Shown here: positions 9,049 through 18,335 of the stretch, in pieces | How the letters are laid out: the number at the start of each line of letters is the position of its first letter | Position numbering within the stretch: the first letter of the stretch is position 1 | Origin: Toensbergia leucococca | Lineage: Eukaryota | Direction: 5' to 3' | DNA: 20,000 nucleotides | NCBI GenBank assembly: GCA_022813965.1 | Contig: JALDZS010000114.1 | Location: 55,406-75,405, forward strand | Translations under genes and position numbers: made by a program | Notes under the pieces: generated by a model | Seen by the model: only the letters and a program-made list of their open reading frames with translations | Told to the model about the DNA's origin: nothing | Databases searched by the model: none

Positions 9049-12000
9049 ATGGCAGCTCCACCTTCAGGAAGGACTGATAGGCCACCAAGAAAAGTGAAGG
9101 GGGGGACAGTCTCGACGAAAAAATACCGCTTTGAATCCTTCAATCAGCGCATCACCAAGATCAAAATCGATCCAATTCGCAGGGCTCGTCGTAGCGATAT
9201 TGACCATGGCGATCTCACAGAAACAACATCTTTCTTCAAGACGGGATTAGAGCAATGGAAAGATCTGAATCTTTCCGAAAACTTTACGAGCTTCGTGCAG
9301 GAGGTTGAGCCATTGTGTGATAGCCTACCGCAAATTGTGCATTACCACCAAGGAATCATGGATATTTTAATCAATTATATTGGCAAAAGAGACCAATTAT
9401 CCTTGGAACCACTGTTGATCTTGCTAGGTCATTTCGCCCATGATCTTGGCGTAAGATTTGAGGGCCATTTCTCCATATCAGTGAGCCTGGTGGTTTCCCT
9501 AGCTGCGAAGCATTCGGATGTACAAGTCATAGAATGGAGCTTTACGTGCTTAGCATGGCTGTTCAAGTACCTGTCGCGTCTGCTGGTCCCTGACCTGAGA
9601 CCATTGTACGATATCATGGCCCCACTGTTGGGACGGGAACTGCAGAAAATACACACCACAAGATTCGCAGCAGAAGCAATGTCCTTTTTGGTCAGGAAAG
9701 CAGCGCTTGCGTATCACAAAAACCAAGCTCCCTTAACAAACATCGTTCAGTACATGTTGGCAGACCTCGAATCGATGGTGACACAAGGCAAAAATACTCA
9801 AGTGTACCAACATGGTCTCATGACATTACTTGCCGATTCAATCAAGGGCGTAGGGAGAGGAATACAGTCATGTGGAACAGTTGTATACCGCTGCCTGCTT
9901 GACCTTGTGCTCGAGCGAGAAGACACAAAGCAGACACAGAGTTTAGACGTCGTCTTTGGAGTAACCATAAGTCTAATCCATCATACTGATGCGGATGCGT
10001 TCCAGCCAATATTAGAGATCATTCTTCAACATGTTAACGGACTCTTGATAGGATCTAATAATTCCAAGATAGCAATCTGCGGACGCTTACTTTTCATCGC
10101 TACGGCTGTTCGCAAAGGCTCGAGGATACAGGACTGGCAACCAGTACTCGGAAGTTTGCTATTTCTACTAGCAGTGTGTAAAGAGAATGATAACGAAAGC
10201 GCTACACAAACGTATAAAGCTGCTGCTGTGATCCTCCAGGCTTCGCCGCTAAATGTTGTCATTCCGACTTTTCGACTGGCAATGGATATCATTGCGGACA
10301 TTCGCACTGTGAACCAGTTTCTACCATTCTGCAACTATTTCTACGAATTGGGTCACGAAAGATTTCATGACTTACTTTCACCATTTCTCTCGACGTATGT
10401 AGTGCATCTAGCACGGTTAAATATAATGGCTAAATTGAACCATAGGTTTATCACATCTCATTGGTCGGAATATGAAATGCAGCTCCTCGTGTTGATACCT
10501 AAGATATTTGGGAACGATCAACGCACTAAATGTGTATGTCCGAAAGCATGGCAAGAACACATAATTGACACCTTTGAAAGAGCAAGAATTCAGGAAACCC
10601 TCGTCTCTCATTGTAGTGCATATCTTGAGGTAATCCAGTTTTTTGCTGTAGCTCCTCCATTTATTGAGCGAATCATGCAAATTCTGGGTGCTATGGTGCG
10701 AGTCAATCTCCAAGCACCTTCTTGGAACAGCCTGTCGACCCAATTTGGCCTCGGTGTAGGCCTCAAAGTATACATCAAATACTCTTCTCATCTCGAAAGC
10801 ACCAAGTTGGAGATGTGGTCTCAGCTGTGCACTCATGCTAAAAGCTTGGGGTGTTTACCCGTGTACCTTGAGGCCGTGCTTGCATATATACAGGTCGCAG
10901 GATTCGATGAGACGAGTTGTATCAACGATCTGCTCATTGATGTCATGGTAGAGAATCTACACTCTTCCTCACACGTCCTCCGAAAGCTCTCCCTACAAAT
11001 TATTGATACGCTTTACACTAAAAGGCATGATCATCGAGCAGAGAGCATTGCCACGGCTTTGCTTATTGAAGACACTCCTCTAGATTTACAGTCAGCCCGT
11101 TCAGCATCGATGTACATTCGCAAGCTTCCTCTGCAATACAAGGTAGCTTTGTCCGATGAGTGGTTGAACAAGGCGATCCCTCACTTTTGTTTCGGTCTAC
11201 TTACCTTCAAGCTTTCACAGTTCTGGGAAGACGCCATTGCTGCTTTGAAGGATATATCTTGCACAAAGGAAGGAGAAGATTTGGTTTCTCATCTAGCTTT
11301 CCAATGGCTGGACGAGCCCAACCCTGCGATTGTAGACGAGAATACAACAGAGGCAAAGAACGAAAACAGTGGACCCTTGAGCAATTTTCAGTGTTCAAAT
11401 CTCATCGAGCTAGAAAATTTTGCTAATCAAAACCTGCTTGAGATGGAAAGCGCGGCTGAGCAAATTGATTCTACATTCAAAGCAAACCATACAAGCGTGT
11501 CCTCTGGCACATCAGGGGCGCCATCCCGAGCTCTCCGAGTCCTCTTGGGGCTACCTTATATCGCCGAGAAACGCTCACGACGTCTTGTACCAATATTCCT
11601 GAGATGGGCAGCCAACGAAGAGACCGAAGTCTCTGTGGACGCTCCGGAAGTAGCGGAGGATTCGAGTTTGGAAAATAGTGTCCCCAATCAAACTACGATG
11701 GGACGCAAGGACCGAAAAACCATGCTTGAAATCTTCTCCTCCTTCAGCAACCCAAGGGTGCTCTATCGAGCCTCGGACGTGTTCAATGCTTTACTCTTCC
11801 TGCTAACGAACGGAGACGTCGAAGTTCAAAAGTCCGTGCTCAAAGCTATATTTACTTGGAAAAAGCAAAGTATACAGCTCTATCAAGATAATCTGATGAA
11901 TCTACTTGACGATGCTAGATTCAGAGAAGAGATTGCGGTTTTTGTGAACATCAATGATCAAGACAGCGCTATCCAGAGTGACCATCGCGAAGAATTGATG

Positions 12001-15000
12001 CCAGTGTTGCTGAGGCTTCTATATGGCAAGATCATTGCAAAAGCAGGTGTGGCAAGTGGTAGAAAGGGTCAACTGGCTAAGAGAAAGGCAGTCCTGCAGG
12101 CATTATCTCGTTTCGAGGAAAAGGATCTTTCTGAGTTCTTGAAGGTCGCGCTTGGGCCTCTGGATAATTTGAGACTCGTCCATGAATCTCAACTGGTCGA
12201 TGGAGTTCTGTTGGAAGATCGGCTGAGCACTCGAAAGCAGCTCGGTCTAATCAACATGATGAAGGAAGTTTTAGAGATACTTGGAGATCAAGTTGCTTTC
12301 TTGGCACACAAATTCATCAACGCACTCTTGTATTGTATGGTCAAAGCTTCAAGAGCGTTATCGTCCTCTGCGGTTGCCGATCCAAGCCAAGACTCTGTGG
12401 GTGTATCGCAAATCTCAATGTTGAAGACCATCAGACAAGTTGGAATACAATGTCTCACCTTACTATCTCGCACTTGTGCGGCACAAGACTTGCGACCATA
12501 TTTACCTGCAGTGTTCACGGAGATAATTAGCCCTCGTCTGATTAATCTTGCGATCGATACAGCACAGTCCGTTTCGGGACTGTTGCACTTGTTCTCGACA
12601 TGGGCCTCATCTCCGGAGATGGCAACGTTTCTCGCGGACTTTGATTCTTCAGTGATCGGAATGGTCGTCGACTGTCTAGATGTTCCATCAGCAAAGGATG
12701 AGGTCAAACTATTTGTGATTGAAGAAATTCTCAAGCAAATAGTCGTTCTAGCTATGCCGTTAGATTCTATGGACGAGAATCAAATTGTCAGTCTTGATAA
12801 TATGACACGGCAGCTTTTACATCCAAACATGGACACTATCCTCAATCGTGTAGGAGCATTACTTCGGAAAAGCCCTAGCAAAGAACTTCTGAGTTCGGCG
12901 ATCCAGTTCGTCTCGATGTTGGCACCTGTTGTTGTAGGCTCATCTCAAATTGAGAATCTCCTTGAGGTCTCGACCTTCCTGCTTGATCAACCCTCGCATC
13001 GAGTAAGCCCAAAATCGAAAGGCGATATTCTGAAGATAATACAGCATTTCGTACCTTTGTATGACCTTCATCGATCAGCGGACCTGCAGGAACGCATCTT
13101 TAATACGGTCTCGTCACTCTTTGGATATTTCAGGGATCGAGCCAACAGGGTTATACTATCCCAAGTCCTTTCTATCCTAGCGAACAACGATCCCGAGCTA
13201 CTGGAGGTCGCAAAGCTATGTGTCAGCTTGAACTCTTTCTCTTCTCGGAAGCTTGATGAGCCCGACTTTGACTCACGCTTGAGGGCTTTCAGTGCAATTA
13301 ATGAATCGAGATTTAGGGACTTCACACCCAAGCAATGGCGTCCGATAATGTACAACATGCTGTTTTATGTCAGAGACAACGAAGAGCTAGCTATCAGGTC
13401 GAACGCTTCCTTCACCCTTCGCCGGTTCGTTGAGACCAACGTAATTCCAACGTCGATATCAGATATTCCGTCCTTCGACCTCATTAAGCTTGTACTACTC
13501 CCAGCACTTCGTAATGGCACCTCAGAGCCCTCTGAGCTGGTCCGGGCCGAGTATCTTGCCATCATGGCCCATCTCATTCGCCACAATCCTCAGTGGTCCG
13601 AGATTAGCGATATGTCTGTCCTTCTCGTGGATGACGATGAAGAAGCATCATTTTTCGCAAATATACTCCACATACAGCAGCACCGCCGTCTTCGCGCTCT
13701 TCGTCGTCTGGCAGCAGAAGGATGCCAGGGATGTTTGCGGAGTGTTAATGTTGCGCACTTCTTCATACCCCTGATCGAGCAATTTATATTCAACAAGGCC
13801 GATGACGAAAGTGCACACAATTTAAGTGCTGAGGCAGTTCTGACTATTGGTGCTCTTACGGCATCGATCGAGTGGCCACAGTTCCGGGCTATGTTTCGTA
13901 GATATAATGGTTACATTCTGAGCAAGACTGATCTTGAAAAGACAACAATCAAGCTTCTTGGCGTGGTGATTGATGCATTCAGTCAAGCAGCAGCAATCAA
14001 AGAGGAAGCAGTCCAACAGAGTTCGCAATCAACTCTCGATGAAAACAGTGGTAGTGGGTTACCAGCACACGTTTTCCGTAATGCACTTGCAAGAACAATA
14101 CCGAAGCAAGAAAAATTAACAGAAGATCTATCTAATAACCTTGTACCACCCCTTATGAGTTATCTTCACAACAAGGACGAATCGACTGTGAGCCTTCGGG
14201 TGCCCGTTGCGATATCTATTGTTAAGTTACTCAAGCTCCTTCCCTCGGACCGGTTGAAAGAGCGTCTCCCGCCGGTCCTCACAGATGTTTGTCATATACT
14301 ACGAAGTCGGGCTCAGGAATCCAGAGACATGACACGTAAAACTCTTGTGGAAATTTCCACTTTAATCGGCCCTTCTTACTTTGGCTTCGTCCTAAAAGAA
14401 CTTCGAAGCTCCCTGGCAAGGGGCTATCAGTTACATGTACTCTCGTTCACGGTACATGCTATATTGGTAGCTACAGCATCGATCTTCAAGCCAGGCGATC
14501 TAGACTATTGTCTTCAGCAGATTGTCGCGATCATTATGGACGATATATTTGGAGCCACAGGACAGGAAAAAGACGCAGAGGAGTATATAAGTAAGATGCG
14601 AGAGGTCAAAAGTAGCAAGAGCTACGACTCGATGGAGCTTGTAGCAAAGACCGCCACTGTTGACCATCTAGCGCAATTGATAAGACCGTTGCAAGTCATG
14701 TTGGAGGAGAAGCTGGACTTTAGGCTGGTGAAAAAGATCGACGAGCTTTTGAGACGTATTGGGGTCGGTGTTCTACGTAACGAGGGTATCCAGGACCGAC
14801 GAATACTCATCTTCTGCCATGAAGTCATAAGTGAAGTCTACAGACGCGGAGGCACTTCGGGAGATAAAAAAACCAAGCAGGATTACCGTACAAAGAGATT
14901 TCTTGTGACCTTGAGCGCGTCCAGTAAGTATGGGAAACGTGGAAGTACCTCCTCGTATAATTACAAATTGGCCCGTTTTGCCCTCGATATCCTTCGATCT

Positions 15001-16962
15001 GTGCTACACAAACACGACACACTTCAGACCCCAGCCAATATTTCTGGGTTTTTGCCGATCATTGGCGATGCTGTGGTCCAGTCACAAGAAGAAGTACAGA
15101 TCTCTGCCCTTCGTTTACTCACTGCCATTATCAAAGTTCCTCTTAGAGATATCGACGAGAACGCTGGTATATATGTCGCAGAATGTGTGAAGATTATTAA
15201 GGCTTCAATCTCAACCAACACTGAACTCGCGCAAGCAGCATTGAAACTAATATCTGCTGTGCTTCGCGAGCGCCGTCAGGTAGAGATCAAAGAGACTGAT
15301 CTTGCCTATCTTCTGAAGCGACTGAAACCTGATTTGGAAGAGCCTGATCGTCAAGGCGTGACTTTCAATTTCCTCAAGGCTATCATGGCCCGGAAAGTCG
15401 TCATCACCGAAGTTTACGAGGTTCTTGACACTGTTGCTGCTATCATGATCACAAATCAGACCCGAGGAGCTCGTGACTTGGCTCGTGGCCTGTACTTCCA
15501 ATTCATCATGGATTATCCTCAAAGTAAAGAACGATTCTCCAAGCAATTGGGATTCCTAGTCAAGAACCTCGATTACAAGCATCGTGAGGGTCGACAGTCC
15601 ATAATGGAAGTCATCCACCTCTTACTTTCTAAGGTCAGCGAAGATTTGGTACAGGATATTATAGGCACCTTTTTCGTCCCCTTGGTAATGGTCGTCGTCA
15701 ACGACGAATCTCTCGAGTGTCGAGAGATGGCCGGCACGTTGTTAAAAGAGTCGTTCGAACGCGCAGACAAGGCACGAACCCAATCGTTCTTGACATTGAT
15801 TCGGACTTGGCTTAGCCAAATTGACCAGCCTCTTCTTATCCGAGTCGCGCTTCAGTTATACAATTTATACATCGATTCTCATGGGGCTAAAGCTGATAAA
15901 GAAATCTCATCGCTCCAAGCACGTCTTACCCAGATCCTCAAGACGAATCTTCAGGACATCGCAACAGGTGATTGGGAGCTACTTTACTTCACTCTACAAC
16001 TCTTCTCGAGAATATGTCAGGTCTTCCCAGCAACGCTATTTGCTGCCGGCTCCGAGGCTCTATGGACATGCATTCGAAAATGCCTCTCTTTCCCTCATGC
16101 CTGGGTTAAGCTCTCTACTGCAAACTTGATTGGGCTGTACTTCGCCGACTTTGCTAGGACTAATGCCAACATCGAGAGTCCTAAATTACCGCTTCCGGGG
16201 TCAGGAGGCCTATGGCTTGGCCGTGTAGAAATAGCTCAGGTCACGAGAGTGTCTTTGCGGTCTCTCAAAGTACCCGGGATCGGCGAAGAACTTGCCACTC
16301 AAACGGTACGGAACATGGTTTTCCTTGGTCGTATGATGGGAACCACATCAATGACTTGGCCGCAAGCGCAACAACACCCTGGCGCAGAAGTTGCTGAGGA
16401 TGATGAAGATGCTGATGAAGAAGTTGTATCGGGGGATGAGATATCGAATACGAATGAGAAACCAGCTGTCCTGTTCGTTTTTGAAAGAGCATCTGTGACT
16501 ATTCGCCGTGGACCTCTGACAACTAGGGCAGCCGCATTAGTGCCTATGAAGGCAGCTCTACAACTCATTGGATCCCTCTGTACCCATTTGTCGATCTCTA
16601 CGCTAAAGTCCTGCATTGAAACGATTCTTTTACCTTTGAATAACATGACCGATCCTACCATCGCCCCACCGTTTTCTACCGATGAAGACTTTAATACAAA
16701 TTACAAGACTCTAGTCTCCAACGGCCAAGAGATCATGTCGCTTTTGCAAAAGAAGCTAGGCACCACTGAATATATTGCGGGATTGACCAGAGTCAAGAAG
16801 GGTGTCAAGGAGAAGAGAGAAGGTAGAAGGATCAAACGCCGTATCGAAGCTGTGGCGGAGCCTGAGAAAACCGGACTGCACAAGAAGAGGAAGGGGGAGA
16901 AGAAGAGGGAAAAAAGGAAAGAAAGAAGCGGAGAAGAAAGGGGCCGGCGTAGGGGGTGGTAA
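9049..16962 (+). CDS. UTP20: U3 snoRNA-associated protein 20 (HEAT-repeat SSU processome component, DRIM family); exons 9049..10394 and 10446..16962 (~2620 aa)
   Basis: N-terminal YRFESFNQRITKIKIDP and FFKTGLEQWKDLNLSENF; DRIM-type FSNPRVLY, HIQQHRRLRAL and RGYQLHVLSFTVH; KMREVKSSKSYDS; basic C-terminal tail. The size fits. The first ATG at 9049 is preferred over the TTG at 9025. Confidence 0.95.
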   Translation: MAAPPSGRTDRPPRKVKGGTVSTKKYRFESFNQRITKIKIDPIRRARRSDIDHGDLTETTSFFKTGLEQWKDLNLSENFTSFVQEVEPLCDSLPQIVHYHQGIMDILINYIGKRDQLSLEPLLILLGHFAHDLGVRFEGHFSISVSLVVSLAAKHSDVQVIEWSFTCLAWLFKYLSRLLVPDLRPLYDIMAPLLGRELQKIHTTRFAAEAMSFLVRKAALAYHKNQAPLTNIVQYMLADLESMVTQGKNTQVYQHGLMTLLADSIKGVGRGIQSCGTVVYRCLLDLVLEREDTKQTQSLDVVFGVTISLIHHTDADAFQPILEIILQHVNGLLIGSNNSKIAICGRLLFIATAVRKGSRIQDWQPVLGSLLFLLAVCKENDNESATQTYKAAAVILQASPLNVVIPTFRLAMDIIADIRTVNQFLPFCNYFYELGHERFHDLLSPFLSTYVVHLARLNIMAKLNHRFITSHWSEYEMQLLVLIPKIFGNDQRTKCVCPKAWQEHIIDTFERARIQETLVSHCSAYLEVIQFFAVAPPFIERIMQILGAMVRVNLQAPSWNSLSTQFGLGVGLKVYIKYSSHLESTKLEMWSQLCTHAKSLGCLPVYLEAVLAYIQVAGFDETSCINDLLIDVMVENLHSSSHVLRKLSLQIIDTLYTKRHDHRAESIATALLIEDTPLDLQSARSASMYIRKLPLQYKVALSDEWLNKAIPHFCFGLLTFKLSQFWEDAIAALKDISCTKEGEDLVSHLAFQWLDEPNPAIVDENTTEAKNENSGPLSNFQCSNLIELENFANQNLLEMESAAEQIDSTFKANHTSVSSGTSGAPSRALRVLLGLPYIAEKRSRRLVPIFLRWAANEETEVSVDAPEVAEDSSLENSVPNQTTMGRKDRKTMLEIFSSFSNPRVLYRASDVFNALLFLLTNGDVEVQKSVLKAIFTWKKQSIQLYQDNLMNLLDDARFREEIAVFVNINDQDSAIQSDHREELMPVLLRLLYGKIIAKAGVASGRKGQLAKRKAVLQALSRFEEKDLSEFLKVALGPLDNLRLVHESQLVDGVLLEDRLSTRKQLGLINMMKEVLEILGDQVAFLAHKFINALLYCMVKASRALSSSAVADPSQDSVGVSQISMLKTIRQVGIQCLTLLSRTCAAQDLRPYLPAVFTEIISPRLINLAIDTAQSVSGLLHLFSTWASSPEMATFLADFDSSVIGMVVDCLDVPSAKDEVKLFVIEEILKQIVVLAMPLDSMDENQIVSLDNMTRQLLHPNMDTILNRVGALLRKSPSKELLSSAIQFVSMLAPVVVGSSQIENLLEVSTFLLDQPSHRVSPKSKGDILKIIQHFVPLYDLHRSADLQERIFNTVSSLFGYFRDRANRVILSQVLSILANNDPELLEVAKLCVSLNSFSSRKLDEPDFDSRLRAFSAINESRFRDFTPKQWRPIMYNMLFYVRDNEELAIRSNASFTLRRFVETNVIPTSISDIPSFDLIKLVLLPALRNGTSEPSELVRAEYLAIMAHLIRHNPQWSEISDMSVLLVDDDEEASFFANILHIQQHRRLRALRRLAAEGCQGCLRSVNVAHFFIPLIEQFIFNKADDESAHNLSAEAVLTIGALTASIEWPQFRAMFRRYNGYILSKTDLEKTTIKLLGVVIDAFSQAAAIKEEAVQQSSQSTLDENSGSGLPAHVFRNALARTIPKQEKLTEDLSNNLVPPLMSYLHNKDESTVSLRVPVAISIVKLLKLLPSDRLKERLPPVLTDVCHILRSRAQESRDMTRKTLVEISTLIGPSYFGFVLKELRSSLARGYQLHVLSFTVHAILVATASIFKPGDLDYCLQQIVAIIMDDIFGATGQEKDAEEYISKMREVKSSKSYDSMELVAKTATVDHLAQLIRPLQVMLEEKLDFRLVKKIDELLRRIGVGVLRNEGIQDRRILIFCHEVISEVYRRGGTSGDKKTKQDYRTKRFLVTLSASSKYGKRGSTSSYNYKLARFALDILRSVLHKHDTLQTPANISGFLPIIGDAVVQSQEEVQISALRLLTAIIKVPLRDIDENAGIYVAECVKIIKASISTNTELAQAALKLISAVLRERRQVEIKETDLAYLLKRLKPDLEEPDRQGVTFNFLKAIMARKVVITEVYEVLDTVAAIMITNQTRGARDLARGLYFQFIMDYPQSKERFSKQLGFLVKNLDYKHREGRQSIMEVIHLLLSKVSEDLVQDIIGTFFVPLVMVVVNDESLECREMAGTLLKESFERADKARTQSFLTLIRTWLSQIDQPLLIRVALQLYNLYIDSHGAKADKEISSLQARLTQILKTNLQDIATGDWELLYFTLQLFSRICQVFPATLFAAGSEALWTCIRKCLSFPHAWVKLSTANLIGLYFADFARTNANIESPKLPLPGSGGLWLGRVEIAQVTRVSLRSLKVPGIGEELATQTVRNMVFLGRMMGTTSMTWPQAQQHPGAEVAEDDEDADEEVVSGDEISNTNEKPAVLFVFERASVTIRRGPLTTRAAALVPMKAALQLIGSLCTHLSISTLKSCIETILLPLNNMTDPTIAPPFSTDEDFNTNYKTLVSNGQEIMSLLQKKLGTTEYIAGLTRVKKGVKEKREGRRIKRRIEAVAEPEKTGLHKKRKGEKKREKRKERSGEERGRRRGW
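10395..10445 (+). other. Spliceosomal intron (51 nt, in-frame, stop-free) hidden inside the UTP20 ORF
   Basis: Donor AC|GTATGT at 10395, AT-rich body, branch-like GCTAAA 10429-10434, acceptor TAG 10443-10445. The length matches the other short introns here. Splicing gives ...SPFLSTFITSHW... Confidence 0.75.
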
Positions 16963-17251
16963 TTTGCCTTGACTGGCGTGATGATTTGCATAGCATGGCG
17001 CTTTGGGCAGAAGATGACGTTGGAAATTTTGTGGAGGTCACCTGACTTCTCAATTCTCGTGCGAAACGAGTATGAAGATTAGGAGTGGCGAATATAGCCA
17101 AGTGTGTTTGCCAGTCGAACCTATTCACTGACAACTCACCTTTCGTGAAACGCCATAAATTGCATGAGTGGCTAAAGGGTATATGGATGTAAAAACGACA
17201 TGGTATTTGGGTATTTAGTATTCCGCAGTAGACAAAGTAGCCATGGGCGTT

Positions 17252-17926
17252 TTAGCCATCCTCCGCCACAGGATCTGTGCCGGAGGTCCTTCTCTTGGTC
17301 TGGGTTCCATCGTCCCAGAACTCAACATCACCATCCACACCTAGTGTTCCCTTTTTCAAATACTCTCCATTGGATTCCATTATTTTTTCTAAATCCGTCT
17401 GATTTTCGGAAAACATCTGCTTCCAACAAGACGTCAGCTTTTGATGCATAAAACCTCCATAGTGACCATATCAAAACATAGATAGAAAGGGTCATCAGTC
17501 ACGCACCTTGAGATGATCACTAATAACATGCCTGTTCTTACACGAAGGACAAGTTATCAATATTGAGCCATGGTAGAAACCTTGTTTTGAAATGCGATGT
17601 GCAGAGCGATTTTGGCAGGGTTTGCAGGTGAACGTAAGTTCGAATGCCGGTACCTTTTCGGGTTTTAACCCGGAGTCGTCGGAATCTGAAGGCGTTGCGG
17701 TAGAGGGCTTTTTGGGCGCGACTCGCGCAGAGGGGTGAGGTTGCGATGGATTGAAGGCATTGAAGGGTTTGAAGGTGGGTTCGGGGGCTGTAGTTTTATG
17801 AATCTGAGTTGGTTTGGGGGGTCCATGGTGGAAGAGTGATCGTTGCAGAAGCGGCGTTCTGAGACTTGGATGTAGTGGAATACGTGGAGCAAGGACGGAC
17901 AGATTCAGGAAGCGGGTTGCTTTCAT
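17252..17926 (-). CDS. ZIM17: Mitochondrial DNL-type zinc-finger Hsp70 escort protein (Zim17/Tim15/Hep1); exons 17926..17507 and 17416..17252 (~194 aa)
   Basis: zf-DNL signature FELTFTCKPCQNRSAHRISKQGFYHGSILITCPSCKNRHVISDHLK|MFSEN and C-terminal KKGTL..DGDVEFW. The N-terminus MKATRFLNLSVLAPRIPL is Arg/Leu/Ser-rich and acid-free, like a presequence. Confidence 0.93.
17417..17506 (-). other. Spliceosomal intron of ZIM17 (90 nt, phase 0, contains an in-frame TGA)
   Basis: Minus strand: donor AAG|GTGCGT at 17506, branch GCTGAC (plus 17433-17438), acceptor CAG ending at 17417. It joins ORFs 17495..18190 and 17252..17449. Confidence 0.9.
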
Positions 17927-18335
17927 CTTAGATTTCGTGATGCATTCAGGACGATGGAATTTGAAAACCGCACGGAGATTGGAAGGATGACGTCGCTCTT
18001 GCATCGCTAGACTAGGGCTTCGGATAATGATTTGACCGACGTCTCTCCACATCTGGATCCAGGAACACCCGCAAAGCGTTAAAGAAGGCGGTAGTAGATT
18101 GCGAAAGAAACTCTCGGGTTCGCACGAACATAAGTTGGAAGATTCACAACACACATTGACCCACCTGATATTTTTAAACACCGCACGCAAGCCTTGCGAC
18201 AGGCTACCAGAAGGGCGTTTTTCCGTTCAACCAAGACTTCTTCGTTTTCATGTCAATCACAGCCTATGTGTACATGCTAGCTCTGAAATTTCATAAGACA
18301 TCTCGGTTGAATATCAAGAGTTTGCTTTCGTCGCA
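17927..18335. promoter_or_regulatory. Divergent promoter region, ZIM17 / CUL3
   Basis: 409 bp between head-to-head start codons (17926 minus, 18336 plus). Confidence 0.65.

Noticed and set aside
8561..9143. ORFs 8561..8947, 8678..8923 and 8850..9143
   Set aside because: They span the CwfJ intron, first exon and divergent promoter, which the spliced model explains.
9429..16991. Numerous 60-150 aa antisense and alternate-frame ORFs inside UTP20 (and likewise inside cyr1 and CUL3)
   Set aside because: These are expected by-products of long coding sequences, and none has an independent protein signature.
16978..17045. Perfect box C (GTGATGA 16978-16984) and box D (CTGA 17042-17045) just after the UTP20 stop
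   Set aside because: There is no convincing terminal stem and no rRNA-complementary guide of 10 nt or more that I can recognise. It sits in a 3'UTR, and a few such motifs are expected by chance in 20 kb.
17417..17506. TGATGA...CTGA inside the ZIM17 intron as a snoRNA
   Set aside because: The CTGA is the branch site itself, box C is only ~10 nt from the donor, and no guide is evident.
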